A stretch of 63,785 nucleotides of DNA, the filler included, from Collodictyon triciliatum (Eukaryota), in the NCBI GenBank assembly GCA_043381765.1. It is 16 parts of 16 records of this genome, joined end to end, with 100 filler letters (N's around TTAATTAATTAA, not from the genome) between each part and the next. Parts side by side here need not be neighbours in the genome. Positions count along the whole stretch, not along the records: positions 24,017 to 27,907 come from JBHJMP010006749.1; positions 28,008 to 31,897 come from JBHJMP010006750.1; positions 31,998 to 35,886 come from JBHJMP010006751.1; positions 35,987 to 39,874 come from JBHJMP010006752.1; 12 more parts are not named here. One strand, 5' to 3'. The position numbers were made by a program, and so were the translations under genes. Below the pieces are notes generated by a model. That model was not told the origin of the DNA and ran no database searches. It saw only the letters and a list, made by a program, of their open reading frames with translations. Shown one piece after another: positions 24,436 to 37,916 of the stretch; position 1 is the stretch's first letter; each line of letters opens with the position of its first letter.

Positions 24436-24469
24436 TGCGTCACTGAATGCGTCATCTTTGTGACGTCAC
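24436..24469. promoter_or_regulatory. Cluster of CRE/ATF-type sites upstream of the bZIP gene
   Basis: TGCGTCA at 24436 and 24448, plus the palindrome GTGACGTCAC at 24460-24469. Confidence 0.55.
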
Positions 24470-25111
24470 TTGATTACACCTGCTCATGAACATCGATCTG
24501 GAAACAAGCTAGTGCCAGGAAACAACGAAGTGGCACGAAACATTGGGGTCGGTTTATCTGCGTCTCTGTAGTTGCATGTCTCTGTTGTCGGGCTTCGACC
24601 TGCAGAGGGACAATAGTATGTAGCCCGTCGAATATATCGTATTGCCTTGAATTGTCGTCGAGTTTATTTTCGTTATTCTATTTCTATTTTTCATTATTCA
24701 TTGTTTTTTTTCTTTTGCTTTTCTATTTTTCTTTTCTATCTTTCTTTTCTATCTTTCTTTTCTATTTATCTTTTGTTTTTTGTTTTCTATTTTTCTTTTT
24801 CTTTTTTCTTTTTCTTTTTTCTTTTTGTTTTTTCTTTTTGTTTTTTCTTTTTGTTTTTTCTTTTTGTTTTTTGTTTTTTGTTCTTTTGTTTTTTCTTTTT
24901 CATTTTTCTCATTCTATGACGAAAAGCTGCTGTAGTGCTCGTGATTCTGGTCTGTCTAGGGCTTTGTTGGCTCTTGCTTGCCACATGAAAAAGAAGTAAA
25001 AAGGAGATGCTCACATCCCCAAGTAATTGTCACTGTGGGGGAACTGTAAATATGAAAAACTGACTTGCCTATTTTTTCTAGAATAGCATAACTCGGCAGA
25101 ACTGGTAATAT

Positions 25112-27305
25112 ATGAGTACTCCACGTGACTCTTCAGCGTAAGCGAATCAATTCTACTTTCGCTATACTCTCATATTTATCTAACTTTTTTTTTATTGAAA
25201 AAATATCAAAGATTCAATAAGTAATTATTCAAGACATCTGTGTTCGTGTATGTGAATATGAGCTGTACCCTTCGCAATATCTAATCTCTTACATAACGTA
25301 AAATTATAAAATTGTCTTTGAATAGGCGTCGTGTGGTCGACTCCGCACAAGGTATTATTTCCATCGCTTATCTTTTATATCATGGTATACTTTTTCACAG
25401 ACTTTATGATATGCTTGTGATTTGAGTTTTGTATAAAGTTTGAAGTTTGAAGGGTACGCTTCCGTTTTCAATCACACACATCATTACGAGAATTGAACGC
25501 TTTCTCTATGCAGCCATTATGTTGAGCCAGTTCCCATCAATTCCGCTCAACTTCTCGTTTGCAAACTCACCCGGACAGCCGCATACTCAGAATCACTTGT
25601 CAATTTATGATGGGCAGGTTAATGAGATTATGCCGCATGAGGAAGGAAACGTGGAAAAGCGCTCCAAAAGGTAGAGTGAATATACGTATTCACTATAATA
25701 ACATATATTTTTGCTGTATTCTCTCGAAAACCTCTTTGCATTTGAGAAGAACACTAAAAGGGATAATCAAGCGTGCCAAGAAAGTATAAGCATTCAAATT
25801 ATTCCGCCAGATTGGAAAAGAACAGAGAGTCCGCACGGCAGTGCCGCAGAAGGAAGAAAGAATACATTACAACTCTCGAAGAACGTGTTTCCGAGCTAAC
25901 ACAGCGAATCCAGGAACTGCAACAAAAGTATTGGTACACAAAAGAGAAACTCACCGAAGAGCAGCGCAAGGTGGCTATTGAGCTCAGTGGCATAGCTCAA
26001 GTCCCCAACAAGGAGCGTGATTGCGCCGTCCTCTTATCGCGCTTCTCAGACATCTGCTACAAGCAAGGAACAGCCGCCATCATCTACCACTTGGACCAAC
26101 TGAAGGAGCTCTTGATTCCGGCGCAGCAAGTCAAGTTTGTTCTGTGGGGTCTAGACCAAGGCGATGAGTTTTATGAGAGCAACGGCCGCGATGCGGATAG
26201 TGGTACCATATGGTCAGTTCTCTCGAAAGAGATTGGATGGACTGCTGAGCAAGGCGAACAGCTCAAGCGGATGCGCGAGATTGTGCACAGAGAAAACAAA
26301 GAGATAGCAGCTTCCATCTTGCAAGTGGAGGCGCTTCGCTCGAACATGTGCACCCGTCTCGAAAGCATCCAAAGGTCAATCAACGAAATCAGAAATCTCT
26401 TCACGCCCCAGCAGCAGGCAAAGTTTGTTGTATGGGTTGAGCAAAATTCGGCTGTAATGAAGATGCTAAACACCATAGGAACCCATACCTGGCTTCCTGA
26501 AATCCACAGTGGTACAAGAACTGACCCGACGACCGAGATGGCTGCTCATCAACCCCATTCTCATCTCCAACCACCACAGCAGCATATGAAAATGAATTCC
26601 TCATCCAATATCCCACCTGTGGAATCTCAGCTGCCCATAAGCGCAAGCGATTCCACTGAGCCCCAAACCAAACCTGTCGCGCCGGCTAACACTGCACATC
26701 TTCAACCTCCGACTTCAGCAATCAAGCCAAAGGGTAGAGCGAAGCCCCCGCCAAGCAACATTAATCATGGACACCGCCAGCATTACCAGCAGCAACAACA
26801 AAGTTATGCTAGGGGTTTGCCTCGTCCCCTTGCCCAATTAGGCGACCCACACAACCCGGCACATATGGACGAGCACGTTTCGTATCAAAATCCACTGCAA
26901 GCCCAATTGCAATCCCATATGCAGTCACAGATTCATCAAAGCTTGCAAAATCTCTCCGCACTGTCTTCAGCAAACTATCCAAATGCTGCTGGACACATGA
27001 TTTCGGTGCTCGGGAATCATCAAATGCAAAGTCAGGCGCGTCCTTCTGCCCCTCAGTCAACCGCAGCGGTGCCCTATCAAAATGGGGTGTTTGGTCTCTC
27101 TGAGAATCAGAGCAAGACTTACGATTCCTACAAGCACAAAGGAATGGCTCATTTAAATAGAAGTGGTCAGAGCATCGCCCCGTGCAGAGCACCAGACTCC
27201 CATAACATAGATTCATCCATCATGTCTCGATCAACTGTCGATTCAAGTTCAGAGAGTGATGATGAGGATGACATGAATGAGGAGTTGGAAGATTCTGAAA
27301 AATGA
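25112..27305 (+). CDS. bZIP transcription factor (exons 25112-25137, 25326-25351, 25514-25670, 25811-27305)
   Basis: KRSKR|LEKNRESARQCRRRKKEYITTLEERVSEL forms the basic region and zipper. A helical domain (QQVKFVLW...TPQQQAKFVVWV) and a Q/P/S-rich tail follow. The exons splice in frame with GT-AG. Confidence 0.92.
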
Positions 27306-27816
27306 TACGAGTGAGTTGACACTTTTATTTATATTTTCGTTTCCTTTTTTCTTAAATAAGGGCTCTTGTGTTTATTTTACATTTTGACGTCATTGATACT
27401 ACTACAGTATCCCCTGGCAGCGTTTTTTCACATTCGAATGTTCCCTTTGTTGTCAACTAGGATTAGCTGGACACCTTGTTCTTTTACGCTTTCGATTTTT
27501 GGGTCATTTTACTCCGCATCATTCTATAGCTAGTTCCGAATTGCTCTCTCCACTTCCGTTCATATTTTTTCTCTGCAACACATTCGCCAATTACGAACCA
27601 CAAACCAGTCAATGATGGCTACCTTCATATAAATGGATATGTTCACCCCCCTTTGGAGACATGTGTTCTTCTGGGTTGTTTTATTCATCATATTGTCTGG
27701 GCACATATGTTATAGGTTCTGTCAGGAGAGGGAAAAGTTTAACTCAAAATCCCTCCATCTCGTCTTCGATTTCCTCTGAGACACTCTCACTTTCACTCTC
27801 GCTTTCACTTTCACCT

Positions 27817-27907
<91 letters not shown>

Positions 27908-28007
27908 NNNNNNNNNNNNNNNNNNNNNNNNNNNNNNNNNNNNNNNNNNNNTTAATTAATTAANNNNNNNNNNNNNNNNNNNNNNNNNNNNNNNNNNNNN
28001 NNNNNNN

Positions 28008-28106
28008 AGAGCCAAGGAGCAAGAGCCAAGGAGCAAGAGCCAAGGAGCAAGAGCCAAGGAGCAAGAGCCAAGGAGCAAGAGCCAAGGAGCAAGAGCCAAG
28101 GAGCAA
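28008..28106. repeat. (GAGCCAAGGAGCAA)n 14-bp tandem repeat
   Basis: About 7 copies at the contig start. Confidence 0.95.
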
Positions 28107-28435
28107 TAGGCAAATCAGACAAAGAAGATAGATGCCTCATCCATCCCATCGTACCATAAAGCCCAGTGACCTCGCATAGAGGCGGTCAAACGCAATTTTT
28201 TTTTCGTGAAAATTATCTGTGATACTGGAAAATGCGCACTTATGAAGTAATGTTACTACCACGCTGCTTATTCATTTTCGACAGGCTTGCGAAGATAAAA
28301 TAAAATAAAATAAAAAAAAAGGAGCCATTCGTAAAAGAAATCGATTTGTCAATATATGAGCGATTCGTGGGAATAAAAAAAAAATAATTATTTCGCGGCA
28401 ACTGGTAAAGATTGATGATTTAGTTTATTTGATTT

Positions 28436-28664
28436 CTAAGAATATCTTCCGTAGAGTGGAGCCGGTAATACCCCACAGTTTGATATCATGATTTCCTATA
28501 CCCCACAGCGTAAGGATTTATAGTCTGCATGAATTATGTCTACGTAATATGTCGTGGACCAAGAAAATGCAGTAAACTAATAGGTGACGCAAGAAGCCGG
28601 TGTACAGTATTTCTCAAAGTGAAGAGGGAAATGAGCGGCCCATAGAAATAAGTACGCACAATTC

Positions 28665-28722
<58 letters not shown>

Positions 28723-29694
28723 AGAGGAGAGGAGATGAAGCGAGAATGAACCAACTAACCCGAGTAGGTCTATCCTCAATACCATTTTTCCCAGTAGGCG
28801 TCTAAAATTAAAGTCTCATTTTAATGGGCTCATGACCATGATACAAAAAACAATAATAATAATTTCATTTCGCATTAAATAAACTTTGGAATCATAGCCT
28901 CCGGGCTGGCTCCGCTTACCCGATTTATTCTTTGAAGAACATCCCAACCGCTGACAACCTTGCCAAAAGCTGTATGGTACTGATCGAGCCTTTTGCAGAT
29001 ATTAATAGCATTTTATTTTTATTTTATTTTTTACGGATAACTACACTGATTAAAGGTGTAAAATATATAAGAGAGAAATGATATTCACCATGTGGCGGGC
29101 TTAAAGATAATAAAGAATTGGGATGAGTTTTTTTCTGGTCCTGCATTTGCCATGGATATGATTCCGGCTGCGCGATGAGATATCTTTTCACATGTATGTA
29201 AATTAGAATGAAAGCTTGTCTTTCGATTTTTTCATTTTTTAGATATCAAGATAAATTTTTTTGCACGTAACGATATCTTTGTTTTTTCCTTGTTTTTGTT
29301 TTTCTATTTTTTTTTAAAAAAAAAGGAGCCAATCATTAATCAGATGCATGTACCAAAGAAGAGGGAATGAAATGAGAATTAAACCTTAAGATTTTCGTTG
29401 GGAAATAAACCATTATTAAAAATTGACCTCCCTCCTGAACCATCACCCTGTAATAATAACTCATAACCAACAAATTGACGAATAACAAACCGAATTGATA
29501 ACATTATTTATTCAAGCGTGGCATGTTAGAGCAAAAATACGTTTGTGTAATCTCCCCCCTGGATGACAAATCCCTTGACCACGCGATGTATTCTAATTTT
29601 TAGTTAAGAGATGAGGAACATGAATTCACAAGGGGCTGGGCGATGTAACACACCTTGAGTTTTTATATCCGTACCCGCGAGCTCCTGACGCTTT

Positions 29695-29790
<96 letters not shown>

Positions 29791-30714
29791 CAAAATTAGG
29801 TTATCCAGAACTATTTCATTAATGCACAACCAAATATTATATGCTAAGATTGCAGCAAATATATGAGGAAGGAACTAACAAGTGTTAAGCATTCATCGCA
29901 ATAATCGTACAAACCTAATGTTACAAAATTTAATGTTGTATTCGGACATGTTTCCCCAAAGACCCCTATGACAAATCGGCCTGTATATAAAATGAAAACG
30001 TATAAACAAGCACGGAATAAAAGTGAAGACGATTTTATAAGCAAAACATCACAAATGACATTCAAACACATGATAATACGGATTTACGCGAGCATTTTAA
30101 CATATATATCTTTACCTATCCCTTTTCCATCCTCAGCTTTATGATGCAGAGGGATTTAGGTGAAAATTACAGTGAGCGATAGGTGAAAACCACAATATGT
30201 AACAGATAAAAAAACTGCACTAACTTATATCGAAGTACACCAAGTTTGTTATCCTTGGACCGCCCTTTTAAAAGGAACATGTGTCAAAAACACATAAAAA
30301 AAAAAAAAGGACAGCAAACAAACAAATAATCAAACAAAGAAATAAATTCATGAATGAATAAACGAATAAACATGAAAAACTCCACGGTTCAACGAATAGT
30401 AATTAGAGAGATTATATATTTACGGAAGGCAAAAGCACAATCAACTTGTTAAAAATAAAAAAAATCAACATAAAACTAATGAAGAAATTACAAAATCATT
30501 ACGTGCTCATGATATTACATAATTTAGATATTGAGCATTTCGAAAGTTGTGTGTCAAGAAAAAGAAAAACCTTAGGGTAGCCATTGTTTTCGCTGTCATA
30601 GGAGAGGATAGCAAAAAGGATGAACAGCAACAACAAAAACCAGCGGGATGAGTGGGCCTGTAAGGCACGATCGAAAGGTAACTTTCCTTGGAGGAAGTCT
30701 TCCTGAAGGCTCAT
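28436..30714 (-). CDS. Cyclophilin-type peptidyl-prolyl isomerase with a hydrophobic N-terminus (cyclophilin B-like), multi-exon
   Basis: Exons give RFVIGVFGETCPNTTLNF, HRVVKGFVIQGGD, GDGSGGRSI, SMANAGPEKNSSQFFI, WLDQYHTAFGKVVSG, EDRP and IMISNCG. The start position is tentative. Confidence 0.92.
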
Positions 30715-31640
30715 ACTATACTGTAAAAGAGCGAGTGAAGAGAGTGTTGTATACTTTCCTCAACGGCCATAATATATGGCCACGCACATAGGCACGGGCA
30801 ATTAAGGTATGCCCCAAGAGAAATAAACGGAGAAAAAGTATGAACCCAAGAGAGGAAAGGCACAGAGTCTCAAGTCTGCCCTTGTGACTTCCCGCAGTCT
30901 AGTCAAGTCAGGTCAAGTAAGGTACTTTTGAGGGCTTTGGACACAAAGACGGTAGAAAGTTGCTGGCACGTATTAATAGCAGCAGCACCTGACAGACAGT
31001 TTGATGGTATGGCAACATGACCCTTTTACCCTCTTTTTCGTTTTTTTCTTCCTTCTTTTTCTTTTCCTTCCCAGCAGCGTTCTGACTACATCTGCTCCGT
31101 TTTCTGCGCCTTAGCAATCGGGCTGCCTACTCACATATCAAACCTACTAGCCGAACCCACCGCCCTCTCTTTGGGCGCCATGGTCTTCCTGTCCACGGAG
31201 TCGGGATTCACGAGGCAGCTTCGGTTTCGGCCTTGGGCCATTTTCTTCGTCCCGGATGGAGTCTGTCGTATCAGGAGGCAGGCCAACCTTCTTTTCTTTA
31301 TTAGAGGGGTTCTCTCGCACTTGAATCCGGAGTGGATTCGCAAGCGCGCCGGATGACAGATGCAGCAGTCAATCAACAACAGAGAATTTATTTTAGGGTG
31401 TATGTTTTGTTATGTTCACCAAGACATGATGCGTCGTTTTACGGTTCACATCCATTGCTTCATGGGAAGGAAGAGATGTGTGAGTGTTTAGGTGGGATGA
31501 GTAGGGCTGGTGGCATACTCTAATTTATCTTTTAGTTTTGTTTTTCACTATTCCTCCATCTGCACGCTTCTATATTATTATATTTAATCCGAGTAATAAA
31601 TGTCAATATCCATGAACAAATTGAAAGGAAAGGAAAATAT

Positions 31641-31897
31641 TCAATGGTCGTCCTTATCCTGGTGGATGAAATCATTCGTCTCGTCTCCAGGCTTTCTTTT
31701 CTTCTCCATCGTGGCTTCGTACATGCTCCTTGTTAGGGATACAAAGGTTTGCATACTCTGGAACAGGAACTCTTGATATTCGCGCTGTTGGTTAAGCATT
31801 TGATTCAATGTCTCGTTCATTAGCCGTATCTCTTTTACTATCATATTAGAGTCAAGTTCTTGCCCAGCTGCTCTCCTTTCTAATTGAGATATTTAGT
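31641..31897 (-). CDS. C-terminus of a hypothetical coiled-coil-like protein, 5'-partial
   Basis: Open frame from the contig edge: ...IVKEIRLMNETLNQMLNQQREYQEFLF...DKDDH*. Confidence 0.5.
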
Positions 31898-32287
31898 NNN
31901 NNNNNNNNNNNNNNNNNNNNNNNNNNNNNNNNNNNNNNNNNTTAATTAATTAANNNNNNNNNNNNNNNNNNNNNNNNNNNNNNNNNNNNNNNNNNNNATA
32001 AAATAAAATAAAATAAAATAAAATAAAATAAAATAAAATAAAATAAAATAAAATAAAATAAAATAAAATAAAATAAAATAAAATAAAATAAAATAAAATA
32101 AACTTGAATTTTAGTTTTATTTTTAATATAAACGATAGAAATTGACATGATTAAGGTCAATGCTCTCCTCTATATTCTTCATCAGCCCGTCAGAATCCCC
32201 GCCTCCTTGTTCTCTTTCTTTCAGAGCTTATATCTTGGTTCAAAAACTTTTGCTTCTCATTTCCATCTTACTCAAAACTGAATCATT

Positions 32288-32369
<82 letters not shown>

Positions 32370-32402
32370 TATCCTGCGTTCCTTTTTCATTTTTCCCCAA
32401 TA

Positions 32403-33130
32403 GGAAAATTTGATGTCATAATAATAAGACCAGGAGATGTTTACGGAATCAACTCTATTCCTTGGATTGACAGACCCTTAGAAATCATTAAGACGGGTAA
32501 CTCTGATTATTTATTTCTTTTTATTTACGTGCGATATTTCAAAATCTCCCCCTCGGGATGTCCTTGGAATTAATAGACGCCCTTTGAAACCATCAAGTCC
32601 CATCTATTCTCGAAGCTGTATGAATGCCTATGATTTTGTATTTGAAATTAAAACTGTTATTTTCACATATCTCAAGGTAAGTTTGGTCTGCCAAATTGGG
32701 GCAATTCGATTTTCAACCACGTGCATGTTGACAATCTTATAGACGGTGTATTAGCTTTCTTTCTAGTTTTTTCAACTCATCAACTGTGAATTATATGAAT
32801 TGATGGATTGTAAATCAAAATATCTGTCTTCTTTCACTTTTTCTTCTTTTTCTATGCATTTGTTAATTCTCTTAACCCAACCACCTGAAGGTTTTCTTGG
32901 CCATAGAGCAGCCAAATGTTTCGAGTGGAGAGGCCTTTGTTATAACCGACGACCCACCCAATGAATCACCAACAACATACGCCCAGTTCTTTAGTTATCA
33001 CTATCGCTGGTTAGGTATCAAGAAAATGCTTGTGTTGCCTACGTTTTTGATGTTATTTCTGGTTACTGTCATGGGGTTTATCGACAGACTGTTGGGACGG
33101 TATATATTGAGAAAACAAAAGGAGATATAA
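32403..33130 (+). CDS. C-terminal part of an extended SDR (NAD-dependent epimerase / 3-beta-HSD-like), partial
   Basis: IIRPGDVYG, FNHVHVDNLIDG and GEAFVITD across spliced exons. The 3' end is uncertain. Confidence 0.8.
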
Positions 33131-34216
33131 TGTGTTTACTTTATGATGTTGAATTATTTATCTATAAATCTTTAAATACATTCCAGCCCCTTATTGTATG
33201 CTGGGATGCAACTCCAATATTTTTTTTCTGTGGGATACGACATGAAGATTTGTTGATTATGATAACATAATAACGATGAAGAAATTCAAATATTGACCAG
33301 TATAGTTTCTAAACAGACGTCCAGCTGGTTCCCCTGCAGCAATCCATTACCTGAATCGCCCGAACAAGTATTCTTGTGAAAAGGTACTTTTTTTTTTTAA
33401 AAAAAAACAAACTTGGTTCTGTCATATATGAACGATGGAGCACCAGAATGGTGAAATCCTTCTTACTGTCACGTGTTGCGTTTTAAGCACCGCTGTTCTG
33501 TTGCCAAAAGTAACAAAGAGCCTCAGAAAAAAGCAAACAAACTTGCACATGCATTAAGCCTCCCGATTTTAGGCTCGCCATCTTCTTGGCTATGCGCCCC
33601 GAGTCGGCCTCGAACAAGGAATGGGCGAGGTTGAAGCCCACTTGAGGCAAACGGGGCGAATCAAGTAGCAGATAAAATAACATCCACAACAGGATATCCA
33701 CAATTGATTACTTACACGGGAGCTTCAATTAACTTCGCTGCAATAGTAACAATCTCTGGAAAATAACATCACTGAAAGCGTGGAAATTTATTGAATGTTC
33801 GATCCGTCTTTTTCATCACTCAGGCTGTTTTTTTTTTCCCGGTGATCCTTTTGATCAATCACATCAACGCCTTCGCTTTGAGATCGTCTTTCCGTCGGGA
33901 AATCTGCCTGTCTTGTGTTGCTGGCTGACAGCTTCATACCCATGAAACAATAAAAGAAAAAAAAAAGTAAAAAAAAAAGAAAAAAGGATTTATTGTAATC
34001 ATAACTGCAATAAGATAAAGATAAACTCATCTCAAAAAGATCAGGAAAGCGTTTGTTTGTTTTGTTCACAAACAACAAGTATAATAGTGTGAAGATCATA
34101 AAAGCGCTTTCCTCTTTTCGATGGGGATTTCTTTTCTTTTCAAATGTGTATATTTCTCTTTCGTATTTTGTCTAAAGCGCAGTTCGCCTGTAGTTTACCG
34201 AATCAACGCACAAGAA

Positions 34217-35699
34217 ATGTCAGACGCAAAGTGGAAGGCTGCGAGTGGATACGGTGTTGGTGAGTTTATTCTTGTCTACATCACATACTTTGCAGCCTTG
34301 GAATGGGACACATATTCTTTTGCTTCTAAGAGGACCTTCCCGTCAGCAGCATCGGCTGTTGTATAATAAATAAACAGCAAAAATAATTCTTATAATGAGA
34401 CAATAAAATAAAATAAACTAGCTGTTTTCCCGTTCCACTCGAATGGGACACATCAGCTGTCTCTCAACATCGGGGACGAGATCCAGGTATTGCTGTCCGA
34501 TAATTGTGCTCAGCGATAATATAGGCTTAAGTGTCGATGCAAGACGCCGGGCTTTTTCTTTTATGTATTTGTGTTGAAATACGCCTTCCTTTTCTTTTCT
34601 TTTCTTTTCTTTTCTTTTCTTTTCTTTTCCTTCCTTTTCTTTTCTTTTCTTTTCTTTTCTTTTCTTTTCTTTTCTTTTCTTTTCTTTTCTTTTCTTTTCT
34701 TTTCTTTTCTTTTCTTTTCTTTTCTTTTCTTTCTAGTGAGTCAATAGATACTATGATTGTTTTGTCATCCTTGTTTTAACCGCTCAGATCAACGAGGAAA
34801 ATGGCGGATGGTACAAATGCTTACATCTGACGACGATGAAAGGAGGTTTGTACGCTTACCATTTGTCCCTCTGTCCACATGCTATTCACAAACTACACTG
34901 CTCCGTATTATTGTGCCATATTGTCTAAAGGAAAGCTAACTGGCAAAGTTGAATTCAAGTCGCGTGCGATAATATTTTCGATTCCCTTTTATCTTTCCCT
35001 TTGTTCCTTTTCTGTTTCTCCTTTTCCTCCTTTTCTGATTTTGTTATTTTCTTTTAATATCCCCCTCTAAATACTTGTTGAACCCTTCTTACCGCTATTT
35101 GACTAGGCATCGTCCCGTCCAACCACATCCGACTGATCGACGGGAAAGGAAAAGGAAAAGAAGTTATCCTTTCGATGCAGCATACAAGGTTTGTTCATAG
35201 AAGGATATATGCTTGCCATAATTACGATTTCTCTTGAGGTATCAATTAGGAGCGTCCCAAGTAAATGAAAACAATGCTCACTGCAATTGATTACAGCCTA
35301 TCGTCGTTCCCGGACCCTCTTGTGAACGAAATCTCCCGCGTTCTCCGCGAGTGGCAAATCATGTTGAAAGCATTCTTCGCCGTATGTTTTTGTCTTCTAA
35401 TGAAAACAACTGATGCACTCATGAAAATCACACCGTCTTCAAGATGTTTGTGCGAATTGATAGACATTCCTCTTTTGAAGCATACATACATATATATGAG
35501 TAATGAGGAGACACCATCTACACGCAAATACGAAATCAGCTCTACACTAGAGTTTCGACGCGATATTCTGTCACACGCAATTAAAAATGCTGATCACAAC
35601 CCACAGGACAAAAAATATGCCGAATTCAAACTTATCAAGCAGCGGATGTCTCTTCTGGCCGAGTGGAGAAGGATTTTGCTTGACGCAAAGACACCAGAG
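34217..35699 (+). CDS. DOCK-family (DOCK180-like) Rac GEF, N-terminal SH3 + DOCK_N region, 3'-partial
   Basis: W...GYGVAVFPF...LSLNIGDEIQINEENGGWY...GIVPSNHI (SH3), then DPLVNEISRVLREW and LAEWRRILL. Confidence 0.88.
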
Positions 35700-36422
35700 G
35701 TAGTTGATGTTCACTATTTGTAAATATATCGTGTTAGTTGCATTTTTTAAATTCTTAACGAACGGTGACATAGGCAAAAGAAATAAAGAAATAAAGAAAT
35801 AAAGAAATAAAGAAATAAAGAAATAAAGAAATAAAGAAATAAAGAAATAAAGAAATAAAGAAATAAAGAAATAAAGAAATAAAGAANNNNNNNNNNNNNN
35901 NNNNNNNNNNNNNNNNNNNNNNNNNNNNNNTTAATTAATTAANNNNNNNNNNNNNNNNNNNNNNNNNNNNNNNNNNNNNNNNNNNNGAAGAAAAAGAAGA
36001 AAAAGAAGAAAAAGAAGAAAAAGAAGAAAAAGAAGAAAAAGAAGAAAAAGAAGAAAAAGAAGAAAAAGAAGAAAAAGAAGAAAAACGAAAACAAAAAGAA
36101 GAAAAAGAAAAGAGATAAGAAAAAGAAGAAAAAGAAGAAAAAGAAGAAAAAGAAGAAAAAGAAGAAAAAGAAGAAAAAGAAGAAAAAGAAGAAAAAGAAG
36201 AAAAAGAAAAGAGATAAGAGAAATAAAAAATGAACGTTCCATGCATTACAATTTCCTGGTTTCCAGAAGCCTTGGTAGACTAGTGACACGTATGATTGAT
36301 CAATTTGGAGGGAAAAAGTAACTTTTCGTCCAATATTTTTTTATTATTTTGACGATAATTTAAAATCGATGTAAGTAGCATTATGTGAGCACTTATGTGT
36401 TTAAGAGAATACAGATGATTGA

Positions 36423-37824
36423 CTATGAGACCTTGCGCCTGGTCTCTTCTTGTGCTTGCAGATGTGGTGAAATCTTTCCATAGAAGAAAGCATAGTAAAG
36501 CAGAGTGGACGAAGTCAAGACTATCACCGAAAAGGAACAAATGTAGGAGATTTCTCGAAACATATTCAAGTGAGAGAACGCAGGATTTCTGTCCGATCGA
36601 GAATGCCGTTAAAATTGAAAATATTTTGATGCATAAAGTAGAGTTTAAATATAATTCAAATAAAACAAAGATAAACCAAATTACTGAAAAATTAAGAAAA
36701 TAACTCATTTCGATGTCCATAAAAGTGAAAATATTATTTGTTAAAATATTTCCGAAATCCGACCCTTTTTTTTCGTGGTTGACCCATTGAAGGAGAACCA
36801 CGGTGCTTAGGTATCCCAGTCCATCGGTGAGGTAGATAAGGAAAACAGACGTAACTTCCAACCCAGCCATGGCGACCAGCCTCTCAAATATCATGCTACC
36901 CGCTGGGACATATGCTATCCAAAGACCAATACCAGTGATAATCGTCCAAGTCTAGAAGTAGAATTAAAAAAAAAAGAAGCCGTCGTAAGCTTCGATGGCT
37001 TAGAGTCGAATATGTGTCATTACAGGGACTATCTAATATACCATGTTTCCAATCGCCAATGAAATATGAAGCTCTGTGGCCAACGAAATGAGTATAGCAC
37101 CTGTCATCTTAATTGTATGAATGTTTAGAAATAATGTTAACAAAAATTCATAAATACCATGCACCAAACATAAACTTCTACGCTATTCCACATAAAAAGT
37201 GAAACAAGCAGAGGGAACATGCTCATTGTGTTGCCCAATTTCATTCATTACAATAACAAAATACCATACTATAAACCCAAGCATGGTGAAAAATGCTGAT
37301 TGATTCGAACGAATCTGGCTCATACAAGCGAAAGCCAACATAGCAAATATCCCTATAGGGACTTCAGGTCCAACAAGATTAACGGGGTCGGCCGGTCTCC
37401 CAAGAAGCTCGCTCCAAATCTCCTACGAACAATAGAGTAGAGTTACTGAATGTATTTTTTTCTCTAGTTTGTCAAAAATGATCGTTACACCTTTATTAAG
37501 GACGTGATGAATTGAGAAACAAGAGTCGAGAGAAGTACTATTCCTAGAAGTAATTCCGCGATGAAAAAAAAAAAAACAACTGAAATGCTACGGTATAGAA
37601 CTCACGTAGGCGAAGTATTCTCGGAATGCTCGGAACGAATTGAGGAAAGAATAAACAAATATGAGTGGCCATACACCCATCCCAAGAGAGGAGAATACTT
37701 TAGCGCGGTCTTTTCCTAATTCAGGAAAATATTGGGATGAATGATAGAGCGTTTTTTTTTTCTTTCTTCCTTTCTTCCTTTCTTTCTTCCTTTCTTTCTT
37801 CCTTTCTTTCTTCCTTTCTTTCTT

Positions 37825-37916
<92 letters not shown>

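Noticed and set aside
35931-36289. Poly-F/K/L/I ORFs here and at many other contig ends
   Set aside because: Translations of microsatellites and N runs.
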